Shown: positions 60,901-64,000 of the stretch, in pieces
Position numbering within the stretch: position 1 is the stretch's first letter
How the letters are laid out: each line of letters begins with the position of its first letter
Source of the DNA: Botryllus schlosseri
Taxonomy: Eukaryota
Length of the DNA stretch: 64,000 nucleotides
Direction: 5' to 3'
Assembly: GCA_051294905.1 (NCBI GenBank)
Contig: CM119372.1
Location: 1,054,001 to 1,118,000 of the forward strand
Translations under genes and position numbers: made by a program
The notes under the pieces: generated by a model
Database searches by the model: none
What the model saw: only the letters and a program-made list of their open reading frames with translations
Told to the model about the DNA's origin: nothing

Positions 60901-63832
60901 TTTCATTCAGAAGACATTTGTGCGATGTGTCGGAAGGCATTCTGCCCAAGTGATCGAGAGCCCGAGTTATTCAACGGCGAAGGTATCGCGTTGTACATAT
61001 TCTGTTTTGTAGACCTTGAGGTTCTTTCGTTACCTCTGCAATTCCCGATACAAAAGGCTTCGTCAACAATTTCTCGCAAGTGTGACGATTTTAGTTGTCC
61101 GATTCTGCCTACCAGCACTTTTCCCAGATCACATGTTCGCTGACGACCTGACGTAATACATTACTCTCAATCGAACCTATATTGAATCCCCAGACGCGTC
61201 AAAACCGACAAATGTCGGCAACACGTCACCTAGCACGTCTGGATATCTATCAACGAGAAAGGTCACGATTGTATCTTCCTGTCTTGATGGATAAGCTCAA
61301 AATCTTCGACGTGATGTTTTGAAATCGTTGCTAGTTGCTGACGATTACCCCTGATATGCAAGGTTTATTTCGATATGAATGGTTAGGCACATATCTCACA
61401 AATCGAATCTGTTTAGAGTCGTAACGTTAGGGTTACCATACGTCCTCTTTTAAGAGGATTTGTCCTATTTTTTGACTTTTTTGAAAGTGTCCTCGGAGGA
61501 CGCCCATTTGTCCTCTTTTTTGAGATTTTGTCCTCTTTTTTGAGATTTTGTCCTCTTCTTTGAAAATTTAGGTCAGATTTAGAGCAAATTGTGAGTGATA
61601 TGCTGTAAACTAGCACAGAACTGACGCACCGGCGGGTATTTCCGAGTGATAAACGGTTATTTTAGCTCTGGGCGGAAAGATGACCGTTTTTTTAGTCATC
61701 CACCTAGCAACGCGGGAAACGGTATTTTGAGCTCTGAGCGGAAAAGATGACCTTTTTTTCTAGTCAACTGATCACAAAGTGGGAAAAATTCACCGGTTTT
61801 TGAGAATTCTTCTCCGGTTTTGCAAGTCTCAAATTTCTGAAAAAGTGTCCTCTTTTTAGATTTCCAAAATATGGTAAGCCTGCGTAACGTAAATTCAGAG
61901 GTTTTTCTAATATACTAACGAAGTACTTTGACATTTGCGTACTCAAGCATAACTTTTCAGACTTGGTCAAAATATCCCAATGGCCGTGGTACAAAAAGCC
62001 ATTGATGGGAAAAAGCACCACTAAATGCTCTTATCCAAAATTCCATCCTATGGGGACGTCATATTTTACAATACAAAAAATATTCGGGTTTATTTCAATA
62101 TGAATATAGTATTAAATAGTATTACTTCCATTCTACTTGAATATCAACTGACTATACTTCGGCCATCTCTGCGCAAATTCCAGATTCATCGGCAATAGAA
62201 TGTTCTTCAGCGAATCTCGATATCATTCGCTGCGATGACGATTCAGCGGATCAAGTCCACTGTGATGTCAAGTGTAGAGACGGTTTCGTTCCAATCCATT
62301 TGCCTTCCGAAGCCGCCGGCGAGCAAACTATGTTTCGTATCAAATGCAAGTAAGTCTCTCTTTGATTTCACAGCGTGCTTATCAAGTGATTATTAAAAGT
62401 TGTCTAAGTATATCTCCAGTATCAGTTCATTAATAGTTTCATAACTTTAAAACACCACACGACTGCGATACAATGAAAAGATAGAAAGGTGTCCAACCGA
62501 CTTGGAGTAGTATTTGAGATCATACACCCACCTGCGGGCCCAGGCGATGTAAATAAGAGTATGGCCGGGCACAATCATTCGAATACTCGAATCTGAATCT
62601 AGCATTAATTTTAATGATTCAAGTCGAGTAGTAAAATAAGATTTTTTTTCGAGTAGTGGAATTATACGCTCATCGCAACTGAAAGTTAATTTATCAAAGA
62701 TAATTATAGTTTCAATACTCATTTTTACTGTTGAAGCCTTGAAACCTTTATTGGCCGTATCGTAGCATACGAAACATATAGTACAAAGCTATGAACGTTA
62801 CTGGAAATAGTACATTTCCGAAGTCATGATCCTCCCATAACATTGTCACCAAGTGCAACGAAATCGGTATGGTTGAAAAAATAATAAAGTACCTTTGTGG
62901 ACGCATAAAAGGTACATATTTGAACTTTGACATATTACATTCCATTATGACGTCACAATAAGTGATACTCGATTGCTCGACTCAAAGTATATTCTGTGAT
63001 TCACTCGATTTTGCCCAGCCCTAAATATGAGTCATGCACCCTTGAAGGGATAACATAATGTGTGATGAAAGTGAATGTGTCGATAGGTGAGGTTGATATG
63101 TCAAATCGAGGTAAGGGTCTCTTGAAGGCTGAGTAATGTTGACTAATCATACAAAACCAGTAATATGATTCGAATTAAAATTACAGAATATAAACTAATA
63201 AAAGCGAAATCCCAGTCATCTATAATTCGAATCTAATCTGTTAAATGTTTCTGAGCTCTAGTTTTATATATAATTTAATTTCTGGCTTTCTTGAGAATGA
63301 TACAGGTAAACAGCGAAACGAGTCAGACTATAGGTCTACAGATACTTTTGCCATTCTCGTACTTAAGAGAATGAATTCTGACCTGATGCGAACTGAACTC
63401 GATTTTTGTTGTATTTCTCTCCAATCCGGAATAGTATAGAATTTACAAGTTTTTGTGAATTCTGTCATTTGTATTGTAATATAGTTTCGAAAAACTGTGT
63501 TGTTACAATTTAATTCTAATCAGATTTGGAACAAGCAGAAAAATGTCTAGTTGTCCAAATCTGGTGTCAAGGATCAGACCTGTTTAGTGATAAAGCGATT
63601 CAGATTCCGTGTAACGTGAGTATGCCTTCTGAGACAACGGCGAATTCGGTAATTTTTATTCTAATCTAGTCCGGAAAAACACTGTGTAATTATAATTATA
63701 ATTTTAGTCTAATTTAGAAACAAATTTGTAATTGTCAAGGATTAGGCCTGGTTAGAACACAGAGATGTCAATCCGCGTCACGCGAATGCCATCTGCGACA
63801 ACGGTGACCCGGACTGTCGCCTTATGAGATAA
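57990..63832 (+). CDS. Secreted cysteine-rich protein (~144 aa if exon 4 is real), third exon Sushi/CCP-like
   Basis: Exons 57990-58116 (signal MLIRLLAYMSLWFVAVNC, then ICYKC), 60911-60982 (ICAMC...FC), 62184-62349 (C...C...HCDVKCRDGF...KC, strong GTAAGT donor); phases 1-1-2 compatible. The terminal exon 63763-63832 is tentative (weak acceptor); the gene may continue beyond the window. Confidence 0.55.
58250..58800 (-). mobile_element. Diverged LINE 3' end of the same family
   Basis: SINYAGPQLWNSISPAIRQSASISAFKS plus matching 3' UTR on the minus strand. Confidence 0.75.
59502..60110. mobile_element. Palindromic foldback MITE (TAGGG..GTTCA termini)
   Basis: ~300-bp inverted arms meeting near 59805; 8-bp TSD ATGATCAC. 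Confidence 0.85.
61428..61882. mobile_element. hAT-type MITE, TAGG(G/C)TTACCATA TIR family with AAAAGAGGAC subterminal repeats
   Basis: TIRs plus a perfect 8-bp TSD CGTAACGT. Other copies at ~115-308, 22670-23191, 46005-46407, 48676-49020 and 51097-53498 (interrupted); related elements at 12895-13976 and 43586-43919. Confidence 0.85.
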
Positions 63833-64000
63833 ATAAGACTGATTGATGTCCGTGTGATGTCATGGACAGTCGAATACCGCTCATTATCGATCGGGTGTCA
63901 GAGAATTCACAGGGGTGACCCCATTAAGAGTATATTTAGCCTTGGTTGCATTTTCATATAGTGCCGAAATCTTATTTCCTGTAATCTCATTTTGTACGCT

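Overview
AT-rich, repeat-dense eukaryotic (animal) genomic DNA with spliceosomal introns. Gene content, short introns and repeat landscape suggest an invertebrate deuterostome, probably a tunicate, but that is inference. The ORF track mostly misses the genes because they are spliced, so models were assembled by hand with phase-consistent GT-AG junctions. They are: (1) a 7-exon secreted fibrinogen-related protein (-, 15070..1790); (2) a 6-exon POLR2M/GRINL1A (Gdown1) homologue (-, 30720..26420); (3) an intronless CIAO1/Cia1 (-, 32601..31603); (4) a tentative 92-aa Cys-rich gene (-, 35562..35102); (5) a 7-exon secreted Lys/Glu/Ala-rich protein built from duplicated exons (+, 36302..44887); (6) a secreted Cys-rich protein (+, 57990..~63832). 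There is also a tRNA-Val(CAC). The remainder is mostly nested hAT-type MITEs and foldbacks with 8-bp TSDs, LINE 3' ends, tRNA-derived SINEs and two Penelope-like fragments. The most interesting unannotated signals are: a dispersed Penelope-associated minimal hammerhead ribozyme motif with a putative pseudoknot; 33-34-bp palindromes with 7-bp TSDs that resemble P-element excision footprints, related to a 590-bp foldback; a candidate trans-spliced operon (CIAO1-POLR2M); and the modular LEA-like secreted protein.
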